Shown piece by piece: positions 13,140 to 24,800 of a stretch of 64,000 nucleotides of DNA. Position numbers and translations under genes: made by a program. The stretch spans positions 23,622,001 to 23,686,000 of the forward strand of contig NW_027362768.1 in NCBI RefSeq assembly GCF_046119375.1, in the 5' to 3' direction. Under the pieces are notes generated by a model. That model saw only the letters and a program-made list of their open reading frames with translations. It was not told the origin of the DNA and made no database searches. Numbering within the stretch: position 1 is the stretch's first letter; each line of letters begins with the position of its first letter. Source of the stretch: Phyllobates terribilis. Lineage: Eukaryota.

Positions 13140-16100
13140 TTGCAGGAAAATTTGATTGAATTTCAGGTATTTGTGGATTGTGGTTCAACACTTAATGTGA
13201 TTGATAAAGGGTTTTTGGAAAACCTTAAATTGAAATCCAAATCTTTGTCATCACCTATTTCTGTGATTGCTATTGATAACACTCCCTTGAAATGTATTAC
13301 TCACAAGGTTGCTGCATTTCCCCTCACTATCAATGGACTTCACCAAGAAGTTTTGGACTTGGTTTTATTACATAATTTACCCTCTGCGGTCGTTCTAGGA
13401 TTGCCTTGGTTAAAACTGCACAATCCTTTGCTGGACTGGTCTACTAATGTGATTAAGTCTTGGAGTCCGAAGTGGTATGATAAATGTTGTAACGGTCGCA
13501 TTGCGGCTGTGGAAAAAGGGGAATTACCTGTACCTATTCAAGATTTTTGGAGGGTTTTTTCGGAGGAGGAGTCGCAAGTTTTACCTCCTCATAGGGATTA
13601 TGATTGCGCCATTGAGTTTGTTCCTGGAGCTACTCTTCCCAATAGTCGCTTGTTTAATCTGACTATCCCTGAAAGAAAGGCCTTGGAGGAGTACATACAG
13701 AATGGCCTGGCTGCTTGTCACATTAGACCTTCTAAGTCGCCTGTGGCAGTTGGATTTTTCTTTGTTAAAAAAAAGGACGGGGGTTTATGTCCATGTCTGG
13801 ATTTTCGTGAAATTAATAAGATTACCGAACGCAATTCCTACCCATTACTGTTAATTCCTGACTTGTTTAACCAGTTAGTGGGGGCCAAGTGGTTCTCTAA
13901 AATTGATCTCCGGGGGGCATACAATTTGTTACGAGTGAAGGAGGGTGATGAATGGAAAACTGCTTTTAACATTCCGGTAGGTCATTTTGAGAATCTGGTG
14001 ATGCCTTTTGGTCTTACCAATGCACCTGCATTTTTTCAGAACCTTATTAATGACATCCTGAGACCTTTGATTGGTAAGAATGTGGGTGTGTATTTGGATG
14101 ACATTTTGATTTATTCACCAGATCTAGAGTCCCATTGGCAGAGTGTACGTGAAGTTTTGCAGTTATTGAGTGATAATTCACTCTTTGCTAAGCTGGAGAA
14201 ATGTGAGTTAGCTGTGCAGAAAATTAGTTTTTTGGGCTACATTGTCTCCAGCGAGGGCTTTGAGATGGACCCTGTGAAGGTTCAGGTTGAGCAGGAATGG
14301 CCTAGGCCTATTGGTTTGAAATCTATACAGAGATTTTTGGGTTTTGCCAATTATTACAGGAGATTCATTAAGAATTTTTCTGTAATTGTTAAGCCTCTGA
14401 CCGATCTCACCAAGAAAGGTGCGAATATGGTCCAGTGGACTACTGAGGCCATTGAAGCGCTTGAGAATCTCAAAGAGAGGTTCAGTTCTGCCCCTATCCT
14501 TATGCAGCCTGATGATGTGGTGCCCCTGAGGGTTCGACCGCCACAGGGATTCTGCACTTCTTTAATGGAGTGTTGTATTCCTCCTCTGAGGTAAGAACAG
14601 TGTGATGGTCAGGACCCTTCCTTCACATACAACACCACACTTCTCCACCAGAGGGGGCTAGAATGCACTAGGTGCTGCCCTCCTGGTTACAGGGAGACTG
14701 GGGAACCAAGAGTTAGGGGAACCATTTAGTGGGTGAGGATGGAGGACTCACATTTTAGTGACACTGTAAAATTCGTATTTAATAAAAAGCCATCTTGGTT
14801 TTTGGTCCTGGTAGTCTAGTTCTTTGATGGTCCTTGTTAGTCAAGTTACCTGGCTGTCATGTACTGTGATCTCCCACCCTGAAAGTGGATCCTGTGTGGA
14901 CCTGCAGTGGATGGAGGCACAGCCCTCGTACCCCGGCCTTGGGACGAGGGGCAGGTTGCAGACAAGGAATGTCTCAACCTGGTCAAGGACCACGACCAAG
15001 AAGGCCCAGAGCTTAAGAGTGTAGCTCCACCGCAAATGGGTCCCAGGGAGGATGCAGACGGAGCGGTATACGCCACCTGTCCTCGTCCACCTGATATATT
15101 CAGAGGGAGCCCGGCTGCAAGAGGGGTACCGGCCCCAGACACCCGACCTTGCTACTCCACGTCCTGGTCGGGAAAGCCCGGTTGGCCCTGAGGATCCCAC
15201 CGGGTAACGGAAAGAGCAGAGCTGCCACCCGTGCCCTTTTTCTGAGAGGAGTTCAGAGGGAGACCCGGCCTATCTACACACCCAGACAGGAAAGGACCCG
15301 GTCTGAAGTCTAGGAACACTCTGGTGCAGGGTCCTGATTTAACGCTGGACTTACTCGGAGGTTGTCGGACCCTCGTCTCTGGTGGCCGCAGAACTCCGCG
15401 AGGAGCAGGGAGTCGCCTTCCTTCTGCCATCTATGATGTGAGTAAAGCCTTGGAAGTTCACCCCTATGGCCTCCGGACTCTTTATTCTGCGCCACACTGC
15501 ACTATGCAGACTTTCTAGACTATTACCCCCGTCATCCTGTCTTTCTGCCCTGAGGCCCTGCTCCGCCTGTGGGGAGTAATAACAACGTTGGCCGCTATAC
15601 CACCATGCCTCAGCGGACTGCAGCGGCGCTGGTGGCCTTCACCAGGTGCCACAGGTGGCGTAGTCGTAATCAGCCACTCAACCCGGATAAGCCCGTACCA
15701 TCCTTTTAATTGTGACGGCCCTGGGCACGGAGCGGGTCCGGGCCACGGCTGCATCGCATCTCTCGAACTTAGGACCCGACTCCGAGTCCCCATCTCTCAG
15801 GGTAAAAAGGGGCTTACAGGAGGCTTTGAGGCGTCACAATGAGACCAAGCCTTTTTTGGTCGAGGTCGATGCTTCATCGGTGGGGGTCGGAGCAGTTTTG
15901 TCTCAGGAGAACAAGGATGGAGTACATCCTTGTGCCTTCTTTTCGAAAAAATTTTTGGAAACCAAACTGAATTATGATGTTGGAAATTTGGAGTTGCTGG
16001 CTATTAAACTCGCGTTTGAACATTGGCGTCATTTTTTGGAAGGTGCTAGATTTCCTATTCAGTTTTTCACAGATCATGAGAATTTGATCTATCTGGATGC

Positions 16101-16245
16101 TGCCAAGCGCTTGAATGCCCGTCAAGCTAGGTGGGCACTTTTTTTTTCTCGGTTTCATTTTTCTGTTACCTATATACCTGGTACTAAGAATGTTAAAGCC
16201 GATGCTTTATCTCGCAGTTCCTCCAACAATTATACTCGTTCCTAA
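13140..16245 (+). pseudogene. pol: Element A pol (protease, RT, RNase H), split by an insertion
   Basis: FVDCGS protease, KIDLRGAY and YLDD RT motifs, [10 protein letters not shown] and ELLAI RNase H motifs. Removing 14516-15838 and one TSD restores ILMQPD-E-TKPF. Confidence 0.9.
14516..15838 (+). mobile_element. Solo Gypsy LTR (1323 bp) inserted into element A pol
   Basis: TGTGG...GCGTCACA ends with TSD ATGA on both sides. The 5' end resembles the LTR at 54800. Confidence 0.9.
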
Positions 16246-17230
16246 ATTCAACCTGGGCAGGATTGGAACTCATGATGCATTATTACAAACATTGTATAAA
16301 CTTTTCAGACACATATGTTATGACAGACCAATCACATATATTATCTACTGATTTATATGTAAGTATACTGATCGGAATAATTTACTCCACTTTGATAGTC
16401 TGCACCCTTTCTCTATGATTTTTTTTACCTAAATCCTAGTTACATAGAGTTAAACAATTTTTTTCTAATAACTCCATTCAAGAAAAGTGTCTAGATGAAA
16501 TGGGGGATAAATTCAAAGAAAGGGGTTACCCATCTAGAGTTTTACACCAATGTTTAAATGCGACTTCAGTGAAACGTGAGATCGTGTTCCCTTTGTTCTC
16601 ACGTTTCATCCTTATGTATCCAGACTCCATAGGACGATACATAAATTTTGGAATATCCTGCAGACAGCATATCCAATTATTAAAGAGTTTCAGGTCCCCT
16701 TTCTCCCCTGTTTTAGGCGACCCCCTAATCTTAGACAAATTAGTATGAGCAGACATTAGTTCCTTTCGGAGTTGCTTACGGCAACATTGTCAAATGTCCA
16801 TGCGGTCTCTTGTGTGTTGATGAAACCACACAACATATAAGAGACCACATTTCTAAGCATTAATCCACCATTACATGTAAAAATTTATATTTGCACCCTT
16901 TATCATTTCAATATGGCTGGTCATACTGTGGCTCAATTGAAGTTCCAGGTGATCGAACAGGTTCATCCACCTCGCTGGGGGGTTCCCTTATCCATTTACT
17001 GAAAAAGCGAGAGGCATTTTGGATACACGAACGTAAAACCCTTACACCAAAGAGCCTTAATCGAGACTATGATTTACAGTCTTTTATGTGAACCAATCCT
17101 GAGAATCCTGCCCCTTCACTTTTTTTGAAAAAAAAGATAAAATAATTTTTACATTCTAAATTCTCCAGTACACTTCCTACATAGGGAGAGAAAAACTTTA
17201 AATGGTTTTGACCATCTATGCAGAACCTTT
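16226..17230 (+). mobile_element. Penelope-like retroelement 3' fragment (RT thumb plus GIY-YIG tail)
   Basis: YTDRNNLLHFDSLHP, FKERGYP and LLKKREAFWIH..KTLTPKSLNRDYDL are typical PLE C-terminal motifs. Confidence 0.75.
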
Positions 17231-18194
17231 GTGTGGCACCCCAGGGGGTCTGGTTTCTACAGTGGTAGTAATACCATGTCTGGGAGCAAAACAGGAGTTT
17301 CCTGGTCAGGAACACACTACTTGCAACACGTCCTGCTCCAGACCAGAAAAGGGGAGGATCCTGCCCTTTGTAACTGGATCTGGAGGCGGGGTTAGCCAGT
17401 TCAGTCAGTGTGAGGAGTCAGATAGGACACTAAGGAGCAAGGAGCTGAGGACTGGAGCTGTGCAGAGCTTGTCCTGGCCAGGGTATACAGAGAACCGGAC
17501 ACCGGAGTCCGAGGCTGTGGGACCCTTCAAGCCCAGCAGCAGATACCGCAAGGCAGGAGATTGCAGGTCTCCTGGCCCCCAGAAGCCCGGAGGCTCAGCC
17601 ACATGAAAGGACCAGTACCGCCACAGAGGAGCGAGGAATACACGGGATCCGAGTCGCCAGCCATACGGGTGAGCAGCATGTTACACTCAGGGACGTGGGC
17701 TACAACATGACTATAAGCGGGATAGCTAAAAGAGTACAGTCAGAACGGCAGGCCTACAACTCCACCTGGCCAGGGTAATTCTAGGATTGCTCCCAGACTT
17801 ACCAGGCCCTCATCTCTAGCAAGTACTCCTGTCGGGGTCTATATAATTGTCACCAGTAAAGACCTCAGGACTGCACTGCAAAGACTCCGTGTCATTACTA
17901 CTGATCCAGGTACTATCACCACCATCATCCTTACACGCTGCCCTGAAGCTACACTCTTCCTGTGGGGAGTTACACTACCTTGCTGCGCATATCACCAGCT
18001 TCAGCGGACTGCTCCGCAGCAGCGGTTACTAATAACTGCATTCCACAGGTGGCGTAGTCGGACTATACACATAGACTTCCCTGATTTGACCACCCTGGGT
18101 CACGGACCGGGTCGCCGCCACGGTGACTACTACCCCCAGCATCTACAAGGCCCGGCTCTGGGTATCCCCCACGGCCCAGGGGGCGCGTCAACTT

Positions 18195-18212
18195 TGGTGT
18201 AGTCGGCAGGAT
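18195..18212 (+). promoter_or_regulatory. Primer-binding site, tRNA-Ser (AGA-type acceptor)
   Basis: TGGTGTAGTCGGCAGGAT is complementary (one mismatch) to the vertebrate tRNA-Ser 3' end ...AUCCUGCCGACUACGCCA, recalled from memory. Confidence 0.85.
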
Positions 18213-18497
18213 TTCGTGCCCGCGACCACCGGGTACTGCGCGCCTTCACAGACTGTGTCGCATACCGTGGTGAAGATTTCCCGCCATCTGCTGGCGTTTT
18301 CCCGCCATTGTCTGCAATTTTCGGGTCGCCGCGCGAGAAGAAGAGTGGCGGAACCGCTGGAAACTCACGAAGTTCAAAGCCCCTCCCCGCGCGCTGACGC
18401 AACACCTGGTCCTGGAAGGAACCCCAGTGAGCGCTGACGTCAGACGCGTGCGACGCCAGGTCCTACAAGGAGACCATCGCCTGCGGAACTGCGGCCT

Positions 18498-19535
18498 ATG
18501 GAGGAAAAGAGAAGGAAGGTAGGCCACGGTTCACTATGGGGGAGGAAGACGCCGGATATGGAGGGAACTTCCACCGCCAGCGCGGCCGCTGCCGCAGTGA
18601 TGCCATTCACAATGCCCTATATCCCGGGAGCGGCGTGGCTGCCCCAGTACTTAGGAGAGTCGCACACCCTGAGTGACTTCAAAGAGAGACTAAGCAGCCT
18701 GTTTAAGGTATATCCCCTGTCCGAGGAGCAGAAAGTGAGCATCCTTATAGGCCAGTTAATCGGTGCAGCCCAGAGAGAAGTAAAATCCTGGTCAGCCAGA
18801 GAAAAAGGGACTGTAAAAGAGATACTGGCCTGCCTAAAGGACACTTTTGACACCCGCACCACCGCAGATATAAAAATGAAGTTCTATGGGTGCAAACAAC
18901 GGGCACAGGACAGTGTACGGGACTATGCTTTAAACCTGCAGGAGGCGCTGAGGGCCATCAGACAGGTAGACCCTGATAGTGTGCGTGATGCAAACAGACT
19001 GTTAACTGAACAATTTATTGAGGGTTTACTGTCCAGCGCCCACCGAACCCAGCTGCGCATCATGGCTCTGCAAAACCCTGACTTAGACTTTGCTCAGTTT
19101 AAGGACAGGGCCATCCAGGTGCTACGAGAACCAGCATCAAGTGGCGCTACAGCTCACCGCCGCCCGGCTATCACCTACCACCAGGAGGTGGCACCCTTTT
19201 CCCCAGAGCCTGTAGGAGCTGATGCACAGACTCTGGATAATGCCCCGTCAACAGACCTGCACCATCAGGTCCAAGAGCTAACTAAAAGTGTAGCAGCACT
19301 AACCAAAACTGTGCAGTCCTTGCAGGTGTCCCCCAAAGGAAGGATTCAGCTGGCTTCCAGTCCGGAGGACGTCCCGTGGTGCCGACAGAAGAGGATTCCA
19401 CCATCCAGAGGGAGGAACAGCGACCGCTACGACCAGGACGGACAACCCATCTGCCGCCGCTGCAACCAACCAGGACATTATGCAAGGTACTGTCATTTAA
19501 ACGAGCAAAACCTGGGGCAGTGGGCCAACCCCTAG
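18498..19535 (+). CDS. gag: Element B Gag (capsid plus CCHC nucleocapsid), open reading frame
   Basis: 345-aa ORF with FYGCKQRAQDSVRDYALNLQ, LLTEQFIEGL and CRRCNQPGHYARYC. Confidence 0.88.
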   Translation: MEEKRRKVGHGSLWGRKTPDMEGTSTASAAAAAVMPFTMPYIPGAAWLPQYLGESHTLSDFKERLSSLFKVYPLSEEQKVSILIGQLIGAAQREVKSWSAREKGTVKEILACLKDTFDTRTTADIKMKFYGCKQRAQDSVRDYALNLQEALRAIRQVDPDSVRDANRLLTEQFIEGLLSSAHRTQLRIMALQNPDLDFAQFKDRAIQVLREPASSGATAHRRPAITYHQEVAPFSPEPVGADAQTLDNAPSTDLHHQVQELTKSVAALTKTVQSLQVSPKGRIQLASSPEDVPWCRQKRIPPSRGRNSDRYDQDGQPICRRCNQPGHYARYCHLNEQNLGQWANP

Positions 19536-21800
19536 GCATAAGACCACCAGGCCCATCAAGCTGGCGAGACAAATATGTGGGAGGACGACCGGTCCTACCT
19601 GTCGTGCTGGACGGCTTTCCAATGAGCGCGTTGCTGGACACTGGATCCCAGGTGACCACCATCCCCTACATTCTTTTCAAACGGTACTGGACTGACTCTG
19701 ACATCACCCGCCGTCCAGATGAACATTTGAGCATTTATGCCAGCAATCGTCAGCCTGTACCTCAGGTGGGGTTCAAAGAAGTGACCATAAAGGTTGGCAA
19801 AGTCGAGCTGCCAGCACAAGGACTGATTATTGTCGACATTGATCGCCGAGAAAGTCATCCTATGATAACTTTAGGCACTAATGTCATTGAAAATTGACTT
19901 GCAGAAATAATTGTCTTATTGCAGCAGGTTGCGGAAACCGCCAGTTCCAGCCAGCAGCGCGTTCTACAAAGGAAGATCCGAGCCCTGATGAAAAGACAGC
20001 AGGTAGAACTGTCTGGTGGTGAAATTGGTAGTGTTAGGATGAGCGACCCATTCCCAATCGCCATGCCCCCAAAAAGTGAGATGATGATATGGTGCCGGGC
20101 AGCTATTGGTCTAAGGGGTAGAAATTACTAGACCTTGGTAGAGCCCGTCTACTCTGACAGTAGGTCCACCATTTTGACAGCCAGGGGGGTGATTGATGTC
20201 CGCCATGGGAGGGTACCCGTCCGTATCCTAAACATTGGGGAAAGAGAAGTCCATTTGCCCCGGTATGCCACCCTAGCCAAACTGTTCACTGTCAACCAGA
20301 ATTCTATAAAGACAGTGGAACCCTTGCCTCCATCCCAACAGGCTGAGGATAACTGCTTCAAGGGACAAATGGAGGACTGGTGCCAGAAGCTGCATGTGGG
20401 CACTGACTCCACCCATCCACATCAAAAACAAGGAGTATACAGGGTGGTCCAGGAGTATGAGAGGGTCTTCAGTAAACACCCACTCGACTTCGGGCTGGTA
20501 AAGGGGGTTCAACACCATATCCCCACGGGAGACCATCCACCCATTAAAGAAAGGTATCGGCCTGTACCTCCTGCACACTACCAAAATGCCAAAGGGATGT
20601 TGCGAGAAATGAAGGAGGCTGGGGTAATAAGAGACAGTTGTAGCCCCTGGGCAGCTCCATTAGTTCTTGTAAAGAAAAAGGATGGCACTATGAGAATGTG
20701 TGTAGACTACAGGAAAATCAACCGCATAACACACAAAGATGCATACCCGCTACCCAGGATAGAGGAGTCACTAGCTGCGTTAAAATCTGCTAACTATTTC
20801 TCTACTTTGGATCTTACTAGTGGGTATTGGCAGGTTCTTGTAGCAGAGACGGATAAGGAGAAAACCGCATTCACCACCCCGATGGGCCTCAGCGAGTTCA
20901 ACTGCATGCCATTCGGGCTCTGCAACGCCCCAGGTACCTTCCAGCGGTTGATGGAGTGCTGTCTGGGACATAAGAATTTCGAGACAGTCCTGCTGTACCT
21001 GGATGACGTCATTGTATACTCCCAGACGTATGAGGACCATCTGAAGCACCTGGCGGAAGTGTTTGATGCCCTGGCTGGCTTTGGTCTAAAGGTGAAGCCC
21101 TCAAAATGTCATCTGCTGAAGCCCAAGGTACAGTACCTGGGGCACGTGGTGAGCGCTGACGGTGTGGCTCCAGACCCCGATAAAATCACAGTAATCAAGG
21201 ACTGGCCAAGACCCTCCACCATAAAGGAAGTGCGGCAGTTCCTCGGGTTGGTAGGCTACTACCGAAGATTTATTCCAGGCTTCCCCAAGATGGCGGCACC
21301 CATGCAGGACATCCTGGTAGGCCAGTCCAGGAAGGCCAAAAACCAGAAGCCACCATTCAAATGGGACAAGCTGGAAGATGAGTCCTTCCACCAGCTAAAA
21401 ATGGCCCTCACGGGGGGACGAGATCCTGGCTTACCCTGATTATGGCCAGCCCTTCATCCTCCACACGGACGCGAGCAACGTGGGACTGGGAGCGGTGCTG
21501 TCCCAGATCCAGCAGGGCAGAGAACGGGTAATCGCTTATGCCAGCAGGAAGCTCCGGCCCACAGAAAGGAACCCTGAAAATTACAGCTCCTTCAAGCTAG
21601 AGTTCCTCGCAGTGGTATGAGCAGTGACAGAGCGCTTTAAACATTACCTCGCCTCTCCAAGTTCACCGTATTCACAGACAACAACCCGCTGACACACCTG
21701 GACACTGCGAAACTTGGTGGCCTGGAGCAGAGATGGATGGCCCGACTCTCCAATTATGAGTTCACCATCAAGTACCGGGCTGGGCGCAAGAATGCCAACG

Positions 21801-24800
21801 TGTAGCACCCTGAGGACTCGGCTGCTACAGGGGTATTGCACCTCGACCCAGAGGTGTGGTATTCCACTCCCGGGTAAGGATGGAGTGTGGAACTGAGCTT
21901 AGTAGGCTGCATGCACTACATACATCCCATTTCCGGGGGACAGAACAACGGTACTCCCACCAGTATATGTGCAGGTACGACAGCGTCTGTCCCTGGCTGG
22001 AGTGGGAGGGGGGTGGAACATCCCAGTAGTGTAGGGGCAGATAGGGGGAGTACTCTGGGTAAAGCTAGGAGCCCATTGGGTGCTGGTCACCTGGGTTCAC
22101 ACATAGAGGGAGTATATAAGGTGGGCACCATCTTAGAATAGGGTCTTTGGTCTTTAGTCAGAGAGAGGAGGAGCAGAGCAGAGGAGCTCAGCCAGGAGGG
22201 CTGACAGGGAGCTGTGGCTCCGGCTGGGCCCAGCTCCAGAGCAAAGCCTGCAGTGAAGAGAGAGAGGAGGAAGAAAGGCCCAGAGAAGCAGAGACAGAGG
22301 GAACCCTAAGATCCCAGAATCAGACCAGAAAGGGTGAAGGGTTGGCAGAAGAGGGCACCGGATCCCAAGCTGGCGGAGGCAGAAGTAACCCTTAACCAGG
22401 AACCGGAGGTCGTGGGCAAGTTTTGCCACGACCCTCACCATATCCACCAGGAAGGCACACCACGAGTAGGGCCAGGGAAGCCAGAGAAGGTTCAACCACT
22501 AAGAGGCCCGAGGGAGCTGGACAGAGGTGGATCCCTGGTGGGGACGGCCAGGAGAAAGAGAGTGAAAGGGAAGCTCAGGACCACGCTCCGGAACTGCCTG
22601 GGGGTTAGCCGAGTCCCGCACCTGTTGGACGCAGCACGGCTCGGGTGGTCACTCAAGGCCAGAGTGACTAAAGCAACATCAGTGAGTAAAAACCCTGAAA
22701 CTGCATCTCCTGACTCTGCCTCTCCTTCCTGCATCATCACAACCCCCATCATCCACACCTGCTGCCCTGAGGCCATACCCCTCCCGTTGGGGGTTATACC
22801 ATCACTGCTGCACATATACCACCGGCCTCAGCGGACTGCTCTGCAGCGGCGGCTTCAAAGCCGCACTCAACGGGTGGCGTAGTCGACACTTAAACAACAT
22901 CTACAAAGACTGCCACACACTTAGTTTGACACCCTGGGCACGGACCGGGTCACCTCCACAAGGACTACTACCCCCATACAGATCCGGCTCCGGGTATCCC
23001 TTGAACATGGCCCAGGGGGCGCGTCAACTTTGGCGTAGTCGGCAGGATAACGTGCCCGCAACCACCGGGTACTGCGTGCCTGAAGAAAAGTTCGTATTTA
23101 CCGTAAAAAGAAGTCTCCCGCCAATTCCGGAGGGTCCCCGCCATCGGACGCCATCTCGGATCGGTTCCCGCCGTTTGCCCGCCATCTGCAGTCTTTTCCC
23201 GCCATCCACAGAGTTTCCCGCCATTGGGAAGCGGTTCCCGCCATCTGAGAAGATTTCCCGCCCTGGCAGAGCGGACGCCATTATGGGCGTGCCAGAGGGT
23301 GGCAAGAGGCCACCTCCCATCGTGGGCCAGGACCAAGAATGGCGCCAAAAGCGGAAACCGCCCCCACCAGCAGAGACTGTGATGCTTGAGATGTCCATCA
23401 GCGTGAGGGGACTGCCCCTGGAACTGACAATCACCAAGTTGCCCCGGGACCACCCTCAGGATGGGCGGAGAGAGAACAAAAGAGAGAAGATGGGAGCAGC
23501 TTGGAGGAGTCTAGAGAGAACGCACCCGGAGATGGAGGGAGAGGCAGGCAGCACCGACCCAGTGGTCAGGAGCCTGTTGCAAGCGACTACCCCAGAAGGC
23601 CTGGTGGAGATCCTGGCGCAGCTCCCCAGAGATCGGGAGCATGCACGGACCGCACTGGAGGGCTTGGCTCAGAGGATGGCCCGAGTGCAGCGAGACGTAC
23701 TGGCCGCGTGGAGCAGAGAAATGGCCCAGCAGGCTGGAACCCGCCAGCAAAAGACACCGCCAGCAGCGAGGAGCACGCCTGCCCTTGAAGGAAGAGCAGG
23801 AGGGACGAAGGCCGGAGACGGCGCCGTGGAGGGAGCTGAAGTAACGGAGGCAGGTAATGGGGACGTCTACACCCCGTACCCGGAGGCCGAGAACCTGCCC
23901 CAGCTCCCCGTCGCAGAGCCCGAAATCCCATTCACTGTGCCCGTCGCTGCACCGCCACTGCTCCAAACTAGGCCTCAAGCGGCAGGAGCCGCGGCCGCGC
24001 TCCCCGTGACGTCACGCGCCTCAAATCAGAGTGCGACCAAACAGGAAGCGCCATCGGCCTGGTCACAGGGCAGAGTACCCCCGGGCGCAGCCGTCTCCAC
24101 AGTGCCCTTCACATTCAGAGTGCCCCCGGGCGCCGCGGCAATCATCGCGCCCGCAACCTCCATCATGCTACCCCTGGGAGAAGACTTGTTTACCCAGCAT
24201 ACTTGCCCGGATGGGCAGCCCTTTGTGTGGCCGCCGGAGTTCGTCAATCCCCGACTCCGGAGGGAACGGCCTCTGGATGAGCCCCTGATCCCGGCTCCGG
24301 CGCCCGCCAAGATCACCCCACTCTCGTTGGAGGAGGCGCAGTTCGCGTAGGACCCCACTGGAGAAGACCTCATCGGGTTCACCCAAGAGACCCGGGCGGC
24401 CGCAGCCCAGCGTGCAGAGTGCTGCCGACAGCAGTTAGAGGTCTTCAACAGAGAAAGGAGAGAGAGGCGGGTCCGCGAGGAGCGGCTGCAAATCCGGAGA
24501 GCAGAGCAGAAAATCCGGACCCGACGGAACCCCCGTGCAGCCCACGGTCCCCGTGCCACCGGGACTGTAATCAAATTCCAACTGCAGCACGGTTGGGGCT
24601 TCATCAGGGATCACAAAACCCCCGGTGACGTTTTTGTAACCCGCAGAGATGTCGAGTCTCACCTACCGGAGGGACACCGTGGTCGTGACCTGTACCTGGG
24701 TGACGAGGTCACCTTCACCCGGCACCAGTGTGCCAAAGGACCCTATGCCCTTCATGTACATCGCCTGACGGAAGAAGAGCTGCGGTGTGAGGAGGAACAA

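Larger units (their letters stand above)
11784..16225 (+). mobile_element. Ty3/Gypsy element A (sushi/RTL1-like gag), 3'-truncated after RNase H and interrupted by a solo LTR
   Basis: 5' LTR at about 11784-12220 (TGTTAG...TAACA), gag remnants, and PR-RT-RH pol. No integrase or 3' LTR found. Confidence 0.88.

Noticed and set aside
22334-22882. 182-aa ORF in the CSD-1 LTRs (repeated at 25903-26451)
   Set aside because: It is duplicated only because it lies in the LTR. It has no motif and is not conserved in the related LTR at 7056.
22926-23282. N-terminal extension of the CSD-1 ORF as called by the ORF track
   Set aside because: It starts at TTG inside the LTR and runs across the PBS. The first in-frame ATG in the interior is at 23283.
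24348-24350. Programmed stop-codon readthrough upstream of the CSD
   Set aside because: The homologous position in CSD-2 is TGG (Trp), so a single G-to-A mutation is the simpler explanation.
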